Below are positions 1 through 10,171 of a stretch of DNA of 64,000 nt, piece by piece; position 1 is the stretch's first letter, and each line of letters starts with the position of its first letter. Under the pieces are notes generated by a model that saw only the letters and a program-made list of their open reading frames with translations, did not search any database and was not told the DNA's origin. The DNA is from Thermodesulfobacteriota bacterium (GTDB taxonomy: Bacteria > Desulfobacterota_D > UBA1144 > Nemesobacterales > UBA2774). Made by a program: the position numbers and the translations under genes. The stretch spans positions 1,856,001-1,920,000 of the forward strand of contig OZ244991.1 of NCBI GenBank assembly GCA_965223335.1. Reading direction: 5' to 3'.

Positions 1-2
1 GT

Positions 3-176
3 TATTTTAAACCTGTAATAACGTTATCACTTATAGCTTTGGTACTACTACTTGTAAAATTTATTTATCTGCCTCTAGTCTCACCTATTTTCAATTATTT
101 ACTGATTTTATTGTTTGTGGCTGTTTTAGTTGTAAGTGTTGTCTATATATTTCCTCTATTGAAAAGAAAAACCTAA
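3..176 (+). CDS. C-terminal fragment of a hydrophobic membrane protein (possibly Wzx flippase or Wzy), truncated by the window start
   Basis: Open frame from nt 3 reads YFKPVITLSLIALVLLLVKFIYLPLVSPIFNYLLILLFVAVLVVSVVYIFPLLKRKT*. It has two TM-like helices and stops 13 nt before the GT4 gene. Confidence 0.6.
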   Translation, partial: YFKPVITLSLIALVLLLVKFIYLPLVSPIFNYLLILLFVAVLVVSVVYIFPLLKRKT

Positions 177-189
177 CCAGACATTTATT

Positions 190-1419
190 ATGAAAGTTCT
201 AATTGTTGTACCAAGTTACTGGCCTGCGATCCAATTTGGAGGGCCTATTCTATCGGTTCATTTATTGTGTAAAAATCTCGCGAGGCAGGGTTGCGAGGTC
301 ACAGTTTACACTACAAACAAGGGTATTGAGGGCAAAGTTTCTACCAATGAAGAAGTTTTTAAAGACGGAGTCTGTATCAGATACTTTGAATACAGTCGCT
401 GGTTTGAATTTATGGGCGAGGTGGGTTGGCAGTTCTCATGGCAAATGACAAACGCTTTGCGGAACAACATAACATCCTTTCAGGTTGTATATATAGTGGG
501 CGTTTGGAGTTACCCGGTTTCAATTGCTGCATATTACTGTAGAAAATATAAGACACCATATGTGATCTCACCTAGAGGCATGCTATATCCTGAAACAGTC
601 GGTAAAAAGTCATGGAAAAAAAGGCCTTACTACATGTTGGTATCAAAGAGGAATATGGTAAATGCATCGACGTTGCATTTCACATCATTGGATGAAGCAA
701 CAAAGTGTATAAGCATGACAAACCCTGAGAATAATTATTTCATTGTTCCAAATGGGATAAAAATTGAAGATTATGAGACTCTACCAACTAAAGAAGAGTT
801 TTTATCAAATTATCCATATCTTACTGGTAAGAAAATCATACTATTTTTGGGGAGGATTAATTGGAAAAAGGGATTGGATTTGTTGATTGATGCTTATGCG
901 CATTTGTGTAATGAGAGGGATGATATTCATTTAGTGATTGCCGGGGACGATAGCGAAGATTATGCTAGAGAGATTAAACAAGTAATAAAATCCAGTGGTC
1001 TAAGTTATTATGATGGTAATTCAAGTTCGAGGTCTGATCCCAATAGTGAAATAACCTTTACGGGGCTGCTTGATCACGAAAATAAGATGATGGCACTATC
1101 TGGAAGTGATTTGTTTATACTGCCTTCCTATTCCGAGAATTTTGGTATGGCAGTCATAGAAGCGATGCTATGCAAGGTTCCTGTGATCGTCTCTCATAAC
1201 GTTGGTATAAGAGATGATATCAAAGAATGTAACGCGGGTGTTGTTGTTGAAAATGATGTTGAATCTATTTGTAATGCCATGAGAACTTTGTTGGATGATG
1301 AATATTATTGTAATAATCTTTCGCTGAATGCATATGAGTTGGTTAAAAATAGGTATAGCATTGAAAACATCGGTAAGGAAATGATGTCACACTTAAACTC
1401 TGTGTCTATAGAGATCTAA
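190..1419 (+). CDS. Glycosyltransferase family 4 (GT-B)
   Basis: N-terminal MKVLIVVPSYWP..GG, FLGRINWKKGLD, and LPSYSENFGMAVIEAM (E-x7-E motif). Confidence 0.93.
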   Translation: MKVLIVVPSYWPAIQFGGPILSVHLLCKNLARQGCEVTVYTTNKGIEGKVSTNEEVFKDGVCIRYFEYSRWFEFMGEVGWQFSWQMTNALRNNITSFQVVYIVGVWSYPVSIAAYYCRKYKTPYVISPRGMLYPETVGKKSWKKRPYYMLVSKRNMVNASTLHFTSLDEATKCISMTNPENNYFIVPNGIKIEDYETLPTKEEFLSNYPYLTGKKIILFLGRINWKKGLDLLIDAYAHLCNERDDIHLVIAGDDSEDYAREIKQVIKSSGLSYYDGNSSSRSDPNSEITFTGLLDHENKMMALSGSDLFILPSYSENFGMAVIEAMLCKVPVIVSHNVGIRDDIKECNAGVVVENDVESICNAMRTLLDDEYYCNNLSLNAYELVKNRYSIENIGKEMMSHLNSVSIEI

Positions 1420-1425
1420 CTACCT

Positions 1426-3150
1426 ATGATTATACTCGGTATTAATGCGTATCATGGTGATTCGTCTGCGTGTGTTGTTCGCGATGGCGAGCTAGTTTGC
1501 GCTATTGAAGAGGAGCGGATACGGAGGGTAAAACACTGGGCCGGGCTCCCCACGGAATCTATTAAATGGTGCTTATCGGATGCTGGTGTCGGGATCCAAG
1601 ATGTTGACCACATTGCAATATCCAGAAACCCATCAGCACATCTGCATAAGAAGTTGCTAAGAGCGCTTACAAAGGCTCCTAAAATAGGCTTTTTAGCAAA
1701 TCGCCTTCAAAATGCCTTTAAAATTAAAGATATAAAATCTTCTCTGGCCGAGGTGCTAGGTATAAGCGATTCAGACCTAAAATCCACAGTCCACAATGTA
1801 GAACACCATAGAGCTCACCTTGCCAGTGCTTTTTTTGTATCATCTCTCGATGAGGCCGCATGCATCTCGGTGGATGGCTTCGGTGACTTTTTAAGTGTTA
1901 TGAGGGGTATGGGTGTCGGAAACAGGATTGAGGTCCATGATTATGTTGAATACCCCCACTCGTTGGGTGTTTTCTACACTGCTTTTACTCAGTTTCTTGG
2001 TTTTTCTAAATATGGAGATGAGTACAAGGTGATGGGGCTTTCGGCCTACGGGGAACCGGTGCATCTAGATAAGATGCGTGAGATAGTAAGGCTTAAACCA
2101 GATGGTCTTTTTGAACTGGAAACAATCTATTTTCTCCATGACAAAGAGGGTGTGGACATGGTTTGGGAGGACGGAGAGCCTGAGCTGGGACAGATATATT
2201 CGGATCGATTAACAGATCTGTTTGGTGAACCGAGAGACTATGAAGATGAGATAACTGCACACCATAAGAATATTGCGGCATCGGTACAAGCAATATATGA
2301 GGAGGCGTTTTTCCATCTGCTAAACAGCTTCTATGAGAAAAACGCTACTAAGAGTATCGCACTTGCCGGAGGGTGTATTCAGAACTCACTTGCTAATGGG
2401 AAAATAGAGAGTAGAACACAATACGATCAGGTCTTTATCCCCCCAGGTGCAGCGGATTCCGGTACTGCAATAGGGGCAGCATTTTGGGTGTGGAACCAGG
2501 TGCTTGGGCAGGAGAGAGGGTTTGAGATGGATGTACCGTATTGGGGGCCTGAGTATGGGGATGACGAAATTGAAAGTGTGCTGCGAGACTGTAGCGAAAG
2601 TCTCAAATTGTTAGATGAGACTCAGTTATTGGAAACGGTTGTCAGAGCAGTTATGGACGGTTGTGTAGTGGCGTGGTTTCAGGGTAGGACGGAGTGGGGC
2701 CCCAGAGCGCTTGGTAACAGGAGCATTGTAGTTGATCCCAGACGTAACGATATGCAGGATATACTTAACGCCAGGATAAAAAAACGTGAGTGGTTTAGAC
2801 CATTTGCACCATCAATTTTGGCCGAGTGTGTAGGTGAGTGGTTCGAGAGTATTAGCCCTGTACCTTTTATGGAGAAAGTCTATGAAGTTAAGCAAAATAA
2901 GAGACATCTGGTTCCTGCAGTTGTCCATGAAGACGGCACCGGGAGGCTCCAGACCGTAAGCGAACACATCAATCAAAGGTACTATAGATTGATCAAACTG
3001 TTTGGCGAGCGTACGGGTGTTCCGATTTTGCTCAACACCTCATTTAACGAGAACGAACCGATTGTTAACAGCCCCACAGAGGCTCTTGACTGTTTTAAGC
3101 GTACTAAGATTGATCTATTGGTTATGAATAATTACTGCGTGTTTAGGTGA
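1426..3150 (+). CDS. O-carbamoyltransferase, NodU/CmcH/TobZ family
   Basis: ILGINAYHGDSSA..EEERIRRVKH, VEHHRAHLASAF, EYKVMGLSAYG, EWGPRALGNRSI, FRPFAPS and LLNTSFNENEPIV. Confidence 0.95.
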   Translation: MIILGINAYHGDSSACVVRDGELVCAIEEERIRRVKHWAGLPTESIKWCLSDAGVGIQDVDHIAISRNPSAHLHKKLLRALTKAPKIGFLANRLQNAFKIKDIKSSLAEVLGISDSDLKSTVHNVEHHRAHLASAFFVSSLDEAACISVDGFGDFLSVMRGMGVGNRIEVHDYVEYPHSLGVFYTAFTQFLGFSKYGDEYKVMGLSAYGEPVHLDKMREIVRLKPDGLFELETIYFLHDKEGVDMVWEDGEPELGQIYSDRLTDLFGEPRDYEDEITAHHKNIAASVQAIYEEAFFHLLNSFYEKNATKSIALAGGCIQNSLANGKIESRTQYDQVFIPPGAADSGTAIGAAFWVWNQVLGQERGFEMDVPYWGPEYGDDEIESVLRDCSESLKLLDETQLLETVVRAVMDGCVVAWFQGRTEWGPRALGNRSIVVDPRRNDMQDILNARIKKREWFRPFAPSILAECVGEWFESISPVPFMEKVYEVKQNKRHLVPAVVHEDGTGRLQTVSEHINQRYYRLIKLFGERTGVPILLNTSFNENEPIVNSPTEALDCFKRTKIDLLVMNNYCVFR

Positions 3151-3215
3151 TTTGGGTCTGTATATTGCAGGATTAGTATATTGAAAGCCAGCATCCTACC
3201 GTTTATTAACAAGGT

Positions 3216-3977
3216 ATGAAAGCCTCAATAATCACAGTTGTACGTAATAATGCTAAATATATTGAGGATTGTATCGAGAGTGTGCTAAACCAGTCGTATC
3301 AGGACATAGAGTATATTGTGATTGATGGGAATTCTGATGACGGTACTGTGGGTATCATTGAGAAGTATTCGGATCAAATATCCTCTTGGGTTAGTGAGCG
3401 GGACGACGGGATCTATGATGCTATGAACAAGGGGATAGAGATGTCGGGTGGGGATATTGTGGGGTTTTTGCACTCAGACGATATATATCGGGATGATAGT
3501 GTGATTGATAGAGTGGTTAAGTCTTTTAGTGATAATGACGTCGATTGCGTGTATGGTGATCTGGAGTATGTGACCGGTGCCCAAAAAAGGGTCGTTAGGT
3601 ATTGGAAAGCAGGCGAGTATGATCCTCGATCAATCTTGCGCGGGTGGATGCCCCCGCATCCTACAATGTTTGTAAAACGAGAGTTGTTTTCAAGGTTGGG
3701 GCTTTACGATACAAGTTTTCGTATTGCCGCGGATTATGAGTATATACTTAGGCTGTTTAAAAGTGGTGAAATTCGCGCTTCTTATGTTCCTTCGGTCTTT
3801 GTACAGATGCGTTTGGGAGGTGCCAGCAATAGAAGCGTCGGGAATTTGTTCCGCAAAATGCGAGAAGATTATCGAGCGATGAGAATGCACGGTCTGCGCT
3901 TTTGTCTCTTGGTGCTTTTTTGCAAAAATTTTTCCAAAGTTGGGCAATTTGCTTCTTATTTCAAAACATATGCCTAG
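3216..3977 (+). CDS. Glycosyltransferase family 2 (WcaE/WfgS-like, often a fucosyltransferase)
   Basis: SIITVVRN, IDGNSDDGT, DDGIYDAMNKGI, FLHSDD, GWMPPHPT, IAADYE; lies directly upstream of gmd-fcl. Confidence 0.92.
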   Translation: MKASIITVVRNNAKYIEDCIESVLNQSYQDIEYIVIDGNSDDGTVGIIEKYSDQISSWVSERDDGIYDAMNKGIEMSGGDIVGFLHSDDIYRDDSVIDRVVKSFSDNDVDCVYGDLEYVTGAQKRVVRYWKAGEYDPRSILRGWMPPHPTMFVKRELFSRLGLYDTSFRIAADYEYILRLFKSGEIRASYVPSVFVQMRLGGASNRSVGNLFRKMREDYRAMRMHGLRFCLLVLFCKNFSKVGQFASYFKTYA

Positions 3978-4116
3978 TGGTAGCAATATATATTAATAAT
4001 AGTACAAATAACACATACGGTATATACCTTATATGTGGCATATGACTACGATATTAAGATAGCTGCATGTATTGTATATAATATGCATAGCAAATATGTA
4101 ACAAGGATAAGATCTA

Positions 4117-5160
4117 ATGAATATAGCTTTGATAACAGGGATTACGGGGCAGGATGGTTCATATCTCGCCGAATTGCTGCTTTCTAAGGGCTACGAAGTG
4201 CATGGTTTGATTAGGAGGTCAAGCACTTTTAATACGGATAGGATCGATCATATCTACGTTGACCCGCACGAAGAGAGAGCCAAATTATTCCTTCATTACG
4301 GTGATTTAGGCGATTCGAGCCAGTTGACAAACCTTATATACAATATAAAACCCGATGAGGTTTACCACCTGGGTGCTCAGAGTCATGTGCGTGTGAGTTT
4401 TGATATGCCTGAGTACAGTGGTGATGTCACAGGAATAGGGGCAATTAGGATACTCGAGTCCATCCGACGAAGTGGATTAAAATGCAAATTCTACCAGGCC
4501 TCAAGCAGTGAGATGTTTGGCTCTACTCCACCCCCGCAAAATGAAAACACCCCGTTTAAGCCCAGAAGCCCATACGCAATAGCCAAACTCATGGCGTATT
4601 GGTCTGCGGTTAATTATCGTGACGGATACGATATATTTGCTACAAACGGTATTTTGTTTAACCATGAGTCACCCAGAAGGGGCGAAATATTTATTTCCCG
4701 CAAAGTAACGCGTGCTGTAGCCAATATCAAAACCGGGAACCAACAGTACCTATATCTCGGCAACTTGGATGCACAAAGGGACTGGGGTTTCGCACCGGAA
4801 TATGTAGAGATCATGTGGCAACTGCTTCAGTCCGATACACCATCCGATTATGTATTTGGCACGGGCCACACGCACACAGTAAAAGAACTAGTAGAGCAGG
4901 CGTTTTCGTATGTGGATCTGGACTGGAACGATTACGTGAAAATCGATAAAAGATACTTTAGACCCACAGAGGTCGAATCACTGTGCGCGGACTCAATGAA
5001 AGCAAAAAAAGAGATCGGATGGGACCCAAAAATAACATTCTCAGACCTGATTAAGATTATGATAGATGCTGATCTACGGAACGTGGGCAGTGAAACGGTT
5101 GGGGAAGGAGACCGGATATTGAGCGAAAAAATTACAGACAAATGGTGGACGGGGGATTAG
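4117..5160 (+). CDS. gmd: GDP-mannose 4,6-dehydratase
   Basis: [57 protein letters not shown]. Confidence 0.98.
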   Translation: MNIALITGITGQDGSYLAELLLSKGYEVHGLIRRSSTFNTDRIDHIYVDPHEERAKLFLHYGDLGDSSQLTNLIYNIKPDEVYHLGAQSHVRVSFDMPEYSGDVTGIGAIRILESIRRSGLKCKFYQASSSEMFGSTPPPQNENTPFKPRSPYAIAKLMAYWSAVNYRDGYDIFATNGILFNHESPRRGEIFISRKVTRAVANIKTGNQQYLYLGNLDAQRDWGFAPEYVEIMWQLLQSDTPSDYVFGTGHTHTVKELVEQAFSYVDLDWNDYVKIDKRYFRPTEVESLCADSMKAKKEIGWDPKITFSDLIKIMIDADLRNVGSETVGEGDRILSEKITDKWWTGD

Positions 5161-5206
5161 TGCAAAAGTATAAATAAAACTATCGTGCCGAAGGAAAATA
5201 AAGCAT

Positions 5207-6139
5207 ATGAGCATAGAACTAAGCGATAAAAAAATACTAGTAACAGGCGGTGCAGGTTTTCTGGGTAGTTTCGTCGTTAACCGCCTATTGGACAAAGGGG
5301 TGAGTAAAGAGAATATACGTGTGCCCCGGAGCAGGGACTGTGATCTGCGGGCATGGAAGAACTGCGAGAAAGCGGTCAGTGGTATAGATGTGGTGATTCA
5401 TCTGGCCGCGAGGGTAGGGGGTATAGGGTACAACTTGGAAAAGCCTGCCGAGCTTGTGTATGACAACGCACTTATGGGCATACTGCTTATGGAAGCCTCA
5501 AAGCGCGAGGGAGTAGAGAAGTTTGTTAGTGTAGGTACAGTGTGTTCATACCCCAAATATGCAAAGGTCCCGTTTCGCGAAGAAGAGCTCTGGGACGGGT
5601 ACCCAGAAGAGACTAACGCACCCTATGGTATTGCCAAGAAATTAATGCTGGTTCAGACCCAGGCCTATAGATTACAGTACGGGTTTAATGCGGTTCATCT
5701 GATACCTGTCAACTTATATGGCCCAGGGGATAATTTTGATCCCGAGACCTCACATGTGATCCCAGGACTAATAGTGAAAATTTGCGGGGCAAAGAAAAAC
5801 GATGAGAGCAGTATTACAGCCTGGGGATCGGGCGAAGCAACCAGAGAGTTCTTATATGTAGAGGATGCTGCAAGGGCCATAATAATGGCCACGGAGCTCT
5901 ACGATAAGGGAGACCCTGTAAATATCGGCAGTGGTCACGAGATTTCGATTCATGACTTGGCTCATATGATAAAAGATATCGTAGGTTACGAGGGCGAGAT
6001 CCAATGGGATACTTCAAGGCCTGACGGCCAACCCAAAAGATGGCTGGACACTACCAGGGCCAAACGCGAATTCGGATTTAGTGCCGAGATGAGTTTAATT
6101 GACGGACTCACTAATACTATAGATTGGTATCAAACATAA
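5207..6139 (+). CDS. fcl: GDP-L-fucose synthase
   Basis: GGAGFLG, HLAARVGGIG, GTVCSYPK, PEETNAPYGIAKK, PVNLYGPGDNFD, SHVIPG; follows gmd. Confidence 0.95.
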   Translation: MSIELSDKKILVTGGAGFLGSFVVNRLLDKGVSKENIRVPRSRDCDLRAWKNCEKAVSGIDVVIHLAARVGGIGYNLEKPAELVYDNALMGILLMEASKREGVEKFVSVGTVCSYPKYAKVPFREEELWDGYPEETNAPYGIAKKLMLVQTQAYRLQYGFNAVHLIPVNLYGPGDNFDPETSHVIPGLIVKICGAKKNDESSITAWGSGEATREFLYVEDAARAIIMATELYDKGDPVNIGSGHEISIHDLAHMIKDIVGYEGEIQWDTSRPDGQPKRWLDTTRAKREFGFSAEMSLIDGLTNTIDWYQT

Positions 6140-6283
6140 AACTTGTAAATGCTTTAATCACTAATTACAATAGATAGTTGTGATAGCTTCACATTTGATC
6201 TATCTATATGTTCTATGACAATTAATTCCGTAATGCACTATAATTAACGTAGAGAGATCGGGGCAGAAAAAGGATAAGAGAGA

Positions 6284-7000
6284 GTGCCTACTCAACATAC
6301 TGTAGGAACCAAACCTGCTATACACGCACATAATGAAGCTGGTCCCATACTGGATAGACTGATTGTGAGTTCGGGGTCAGAGGAGTACATACTAAAGCGT
6401 CCCCTGGATTTAGTGTTCTCTGTCGTTGGGGTGATATTGACTTTGCCCTTATGGATTATAATAGGATTACTAATTTGGCTCGAAGATAGAGGGCCAGTGT
6501 TCTATACATCCAATCGGGTGGGTAAAAACGGTAAGCGTTTTGCTAATCTCAAGTTTCGCACTATGATCCCTCATTCAGATCGAGAACATGGCCCGATACA
6601 GGCTCATAAAGATGACAAGCGTATTACAAGGGTAGGGAAATTGTTAAGAAGTACGGCAATGGACGAACTCCCTCAGCTACTCAACATAGTTATGGGAGAG
6701 ATGAGTTTTGTGGGCCCTCGCCCTTTATTGCCGGTAGAGCTCGAGGTAAGCGATTCACGGATTGTAGATGCACAACCTATCGAGAGCGTAGAGGGTTATA
6801 TTAAGAGGCATTCGGTAACACCAGGGCTTACGGGGATAGCACAGATATTTGCACCCCGCGATATTATAAGGAGGCGAAAGTTTCATTACGACCTCCTATA
6901 TATAAAGTCGCAAAATCTGGGTTTGGATTTGCGGCTGCTGGTGATTTCCTTTTGGATTACAGTTAGGGGTAAGTGGGATGTTAGGGGTGAAAAAGCCTAA
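6284..7000 (+). CDS. Bacterial sugar transferase (monotopic phosphoglycosyl transferase, priming GT)
   Basis: KRPLDLV, LKFRTM, RITRVGKLLRSTAMDELPQLLNIVMGEMSFVGPRP, PGLTGIAQ. Start codon uncertain. Confidence 0.93.
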   Translation: MPTQHTVGTKPAIHAHNEAGPILDRLIVSSGSEEYILKRPLDLVFSVVGVILTLPLWIIIGLLIWLEDRGPVFYTSNRVGKNGKRFANLKFRTMIPHSDREHGPIQAHKDDKRITRVGKLLRSTAMDELPQLLNIVMGEMSFVGPRPLLPVELEVSDSRIVDAQPIESVEGYIKRHSVTPGLTGIAQIFAPRDIIRRRKFHYDLLYIKSQNLGLDLRLLVISFWITVRGKWDVRGEKA

Positions 7001-7060
7001 ATTACATCTTGTTTTAATCGCTATAAAACACAAACATAATAATAACAACGGAGGTAGTTT

Positions 7061-7660
7061 ATGGAGCGGTTTGTAATACCACATGAACATGAGATTAGAA
7101 AAGAGGACAGGCGGCTGCTAAATGAGCACGGCTCGCTTGTGCTTTGGTTTACCGGGCTCCCGAGCTCGGGCAAGTCTACGCTTGCCAATGAAGTTGAGAA
7201 GAGGCTGATAAAATCGTTTAACAGAACCTATATCTTAGACGGCGACAATATAAGGACGGGGCTTAACAAGGACCTTGGGTTTGCAGAGGAGGAGAGGGCC
7301 GAGAACATCAGACGCATTGGCGAGGTGTCCAAGCTCTTTGTAGACGCAGGTTTTATTGTGTTGTCCGCGTTTGTGTCTCCATACAAAAGGGACCGCGACG
7401 CCGTAAGAGAGCTGGTCGAAGAAAACGAGTTTGTAGAGGTGTTCGTTAAATGCCCTGTCGAGGTATGTGAACAGAGGGATGTGAAGGGCTTATATAAAAA
7501 AGCGAGAGAGGGCATAATTAAGGGATTCACTGGGATTGATGACCCATATGAAGAGCCGTCAAATCCCGAGATAGTTATTGATACGGACGCCCAGAATCTA
7601 GAGGAGAGCACCGATATTATAATTGCATATTTAACTGAACGCGGTGTTGTCAAAACGTAG
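7061..7660 (+). CDS. cysC: Adenylyl-sulfate (APS) kinase
   Basis: WFTGLPSSGKST P-loop, LDGDNIRTGL, DVKGLYKKAREG, FTGIDDPYEEP; GGAGG RBS. Confidence 0.97.
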   Translation: MERFVIPHEHEIRKEDRRLLNEHGSLVLWFTGLPSSGKSTLANEVEKRLIKSFNRTYILDGDNIRTGLNKDLGFAEEERAENIRRIGEVSKLFVDAGFIVLSAFVSPYKRDRDAVRELVEENEFVEVFVKCPVEVCEQRDVKGLYKKAREGIIKGFTGIDDPYEEPSNPEIVIDTDAQNLEESTDIIIAYLTERGVVKT

Positions 7661-7680
7661 TCAGTACATAAATCTCCTCA

Positions 7681-8637
7681 TTGTCCAATGAACCGATGAA
7701 AAAGAGAGTGTTGGTTACCGGTGGGGCAGGGTTTATCGGCTCACATCTCTGCGATAAATTGCACTCGCAGGGATCAGAAGTAATATGTGTAGATAATTTC
7801 TACACCGGGACCAAAGAGAATATAGCTCAGCTATTCGACAAAACCGATTTCGAGGTCATCCGACACGATATATGTTTCCCGCTATATGTAGAGGTGGACG
7901 AGATCTACAACCTGGCCTGCCCAGCGTCGCCTGTGCACTATCAGTTTGACCCCGTACAAACTACCAAGGTAAACGTATCAGGAGCCATAAACATGCTTGG
8001 GCTCGCAAAAAGAATTCGCAAACCTATTCTCCAGGCCTCTACAAGCGAGGTATATGGCGACCCTACAATCCATCCCCAAACTGAGAGTTACTGGGGCAAT
8101 GTTAACCCGATCGGGCCCAGGGCCTGCTATGATGAGGGTAAGAGGTGTGCCGAAACACTGTTCTTCGATTACCACCGCCAGCATGAACTGGATATAAAGG
8201 TGATTAGAATTTTCAACACCTACGGCCCCAGGATGCACCCCAACGACGGGCGGGTTGTAAGTAATTTTATCACACAGGCGCTTCGTAACGAGGACATCAC
8301 CATCTACGGCGACGGCTCACAGACCCGTTCGTTTTGTTACGTGGACGACATGGTGGATGCTATGATCTCTATGATGGACACACCGTATGGATTCACAGGG
8401 CCTGTTAACGCCGGGAACCCAAACGAGGTCTCTATAAAGGACCTGGCAGAGCTCATAGTGGATCTCACAAACTCTGGTTCCAAGGTGGTTTTTAAAGACC
8501 TGCCGATGGACGATCCGAAGCGAAGAAAACCCGATATTACACTGGCTCAGCAGGAGCTTGGCTGGGCACCCACTGTGGATCTGGAAACAGGGCTAAAACT
8601 CACGGTGGATTATTTCAAAAATATGACTGCTGCGTGA
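7681..8637 (+). CDS. uxs: UDP-glucuronate decarboxylase (UDP-xylose synthase) family; probable start at ATG 7696
   Basis: [62 protein letters not shown]. Confidence 0.93.
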   Translation: MSNEPMKKRVLVTGGAGFIGSHLCDKLHSQGSEVICVDNFYTGTKENIAQLFDKTDFEVIRHDICFPLYVEVDEIYNLACPASPVHYQFDPVQTTKVNVSGAINMLGLAKRIRKPILQASTSEVYGDPTIHPQTESYWGNVNPIGPRACYDEGKRCAETLFFDYHRQHELDIKVIRIFNTYGPRMHPNDGRVVSNFITQALRNEDITIYGDGSQTRSFCYVDDMVDAMISMMDTPYGFTGPVNAGNPNEVSIKDLAELIVDLTNSGSKVVFKDLPMDDPKRRKPDITLAQQELGWAPTVDLETGLKLTVDYFKNMTAA

Positions 8638-8789
8638 CAACCCCGAAACCGAGTTGTGTTTAGCAGACCATTGTTTTTAAGCCCCCGTAAGCTACTATAT
8701 TTATATGTTTCCAATGAGCTCCCCTAGCGTTTACTCGGTGTCTGAGTATTCCCAAATTATTTATTTAAAATCGCTGTTTCAAATTCCGC

Positions 8790-8819
8790 TTGACATTATA
8801 TTTCAAGATATATTATGCT
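8790..8819 (+). promoter_or_regulatory. Probable sigma70 promoter of the proA operon
   Basis: TTGACA (8790-8795), 18-nt spacer, TATGCT (8814-8819), 35 nt upstream of the ATG. Confidence 0.5.
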
Positions 8820-8854
8820 TTTCAAATACTACTCCGAGGGGCCCCGTAGCGTAA

Positions 8855-10141
8855 ATGTCTGAAGTGAAAAGAGCTAGAGATAACTCTGACCTTAGTAATT
8901 TAATTAAAGACATTGCAGCCAAGTCAAAAACAGCATCCCAGCAATTAGCCAAAGTCACTACGGATAAAAAAGATAATGCCCTAAAACAGATGTCGCGCGG
9001 GCTTATATCTAAAACCCATCTTATACTAGAAGAAAACCGTAAGGACGTAGAAGACGCAAAGTCTAAGGGGCTTGCAGACGCGCTTATCGATAGGCTCAGC
9101 TTAGACGAAGCGCGCATTCGGAAAATCGCCTCGGGACTAGATGAGGTGTGCTCACTCCAAGACCCCGTGGGTGAGGTCGTTAGGATGTGGAAACGACCCA
9201 ATGGCCTCACGGTTGGCAGGGTGCGTATACCGCTTGGTGTGATTGGAATAATATATGAATCGCGACCAAATGTTACGGCTGACGCCGCGGGGTTATGCAT
9301 AAAATCGGGCAACTCCGTTATTCTACGCGGCGGGTCGGAAACGATCAGGTCAAACATGATTATAGGTGAGGTTCTCTGCGACTCTCTAGCCGCAGCAGGG
9401 TTACCCCCCGACGCAATCCAAATAATCCCTGTGGTCGATAGGGCTGCGATATTGGAGTTATTGAAGCTCGATGAGTTGGTAGACCTCATAATCCCACGCG
9501 GAGGAGAAGGGCTTATCAGGTTTGTTGCCGAGAACTCTACAATCCCGGTACTAAAACATTACAAAGGTGTGTGCCATGTGTTTGTTGACAAGAGTGCGGA
9601 TTTAAAAATGGCACGGGATATTGCGGTTAATGCAAAGACACAGCGCCCCGGGGTGTGCAATGCCATGGAAACACTACTTGTACACGAAGGTGTGGCCAAA
9701 TCCTTTCTGCCGGATCTCATTCGAGAGCTCGAAGAGTTGGGTGTAGAGATCCGGGGCTGCGATAAGACAGTGGAGCTGGTCCCGGGAATAAAGAGTGCTA
9801 CGGAAGAGGACTGGTACGAAGAGTATCTGGATCTTTTGCTCAGCATAAAAATAGTTTCCGATATAGATGCTGCTATTGAGCATATAGAGCGTTATGGCTC
9901 GGATCATACAGAATCCATTGTGACAGAGAGTTATGAAAACGCAGAGTACTTCCTGGGCGCGGTTAACTCGTCTACGGTGATGGTAAATGCCTCGACAAGG
10001 TTTAGCGACGGCTATGAGCTTGGGCTTGGGGCAGAGATTGGTATAAGCACCTCAAAACTGCATGCGTTTGGTCCTATGGGGCTTGAAGAGCTTACAACTA
10101 CGAAATTTATAGTGCGCGGCGGTGGACAAATTAGAGAATAA
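8855..10141 (+). CDS. proA: Gamma-glutamyl phosphate reductase
   Basis: [68 protein letters not shown]. Confidence 0.98.
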   Translation: MSEVKRARDNSDLSNLIKDIAAKSKTASQQLAKVTTDKKDNALKQMSRGLISKTHLILEENRKDVEDAKSKGLADALIDRLSLDEARIRKIASGLDEVCSLQDPVGEVVRMWKRPNGLTVGRVRIPLGVIGIIYESRPNVTADAAGLCIKSGNSVILRGGSETIRSNMIIGEVLCDSLAAAGLPPDAIQIIPVVDRAAILELLKLDELVDLIIPRGGEGLIRFVAENSTIPVLKHYKGVCHVFVDKSADLKMARDIAVNAKTQRPGVCNAMETLLVHEGVAKSFLPDLIRELEELGVEIRGCDKTVELVPGIKSATEEDWYEEYLDLLLSIKIVSDIDAAIEHIERYGSDHTESIVTESYENAEYFLGAVNSSTVMVNASTRFSDGYELGLGAEIGISTSKLHAFGPMGLEELTTTKFIVRGGGQIRE

Positions 10142-10171
10142 ATCCGTGGTTTGGATGGAGGAGGGAGTTTA

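Noticed and set aside
4012..4087. AT-rich dyads upstream of gmd (GGTATATACC; TGCAT..ATGCA)
   Set aside because: Short palindromes are expected by chance in very AT-rich DNA, and no known motif matches.
8682..8852. Three CCCC(G)TA(A)GC-like motifs after the glycan locus, resembling ops/JUMPStart
   Set aside because: They do not match GGCGGTAG, lie downstream of the locus, and are short and irregularly spaced.
8803..9489. 228-aa minus-strand ORF
   Set aside because: It lies antisense to the well-supported proA and has the Ser-rich composition typical of shadow frames.
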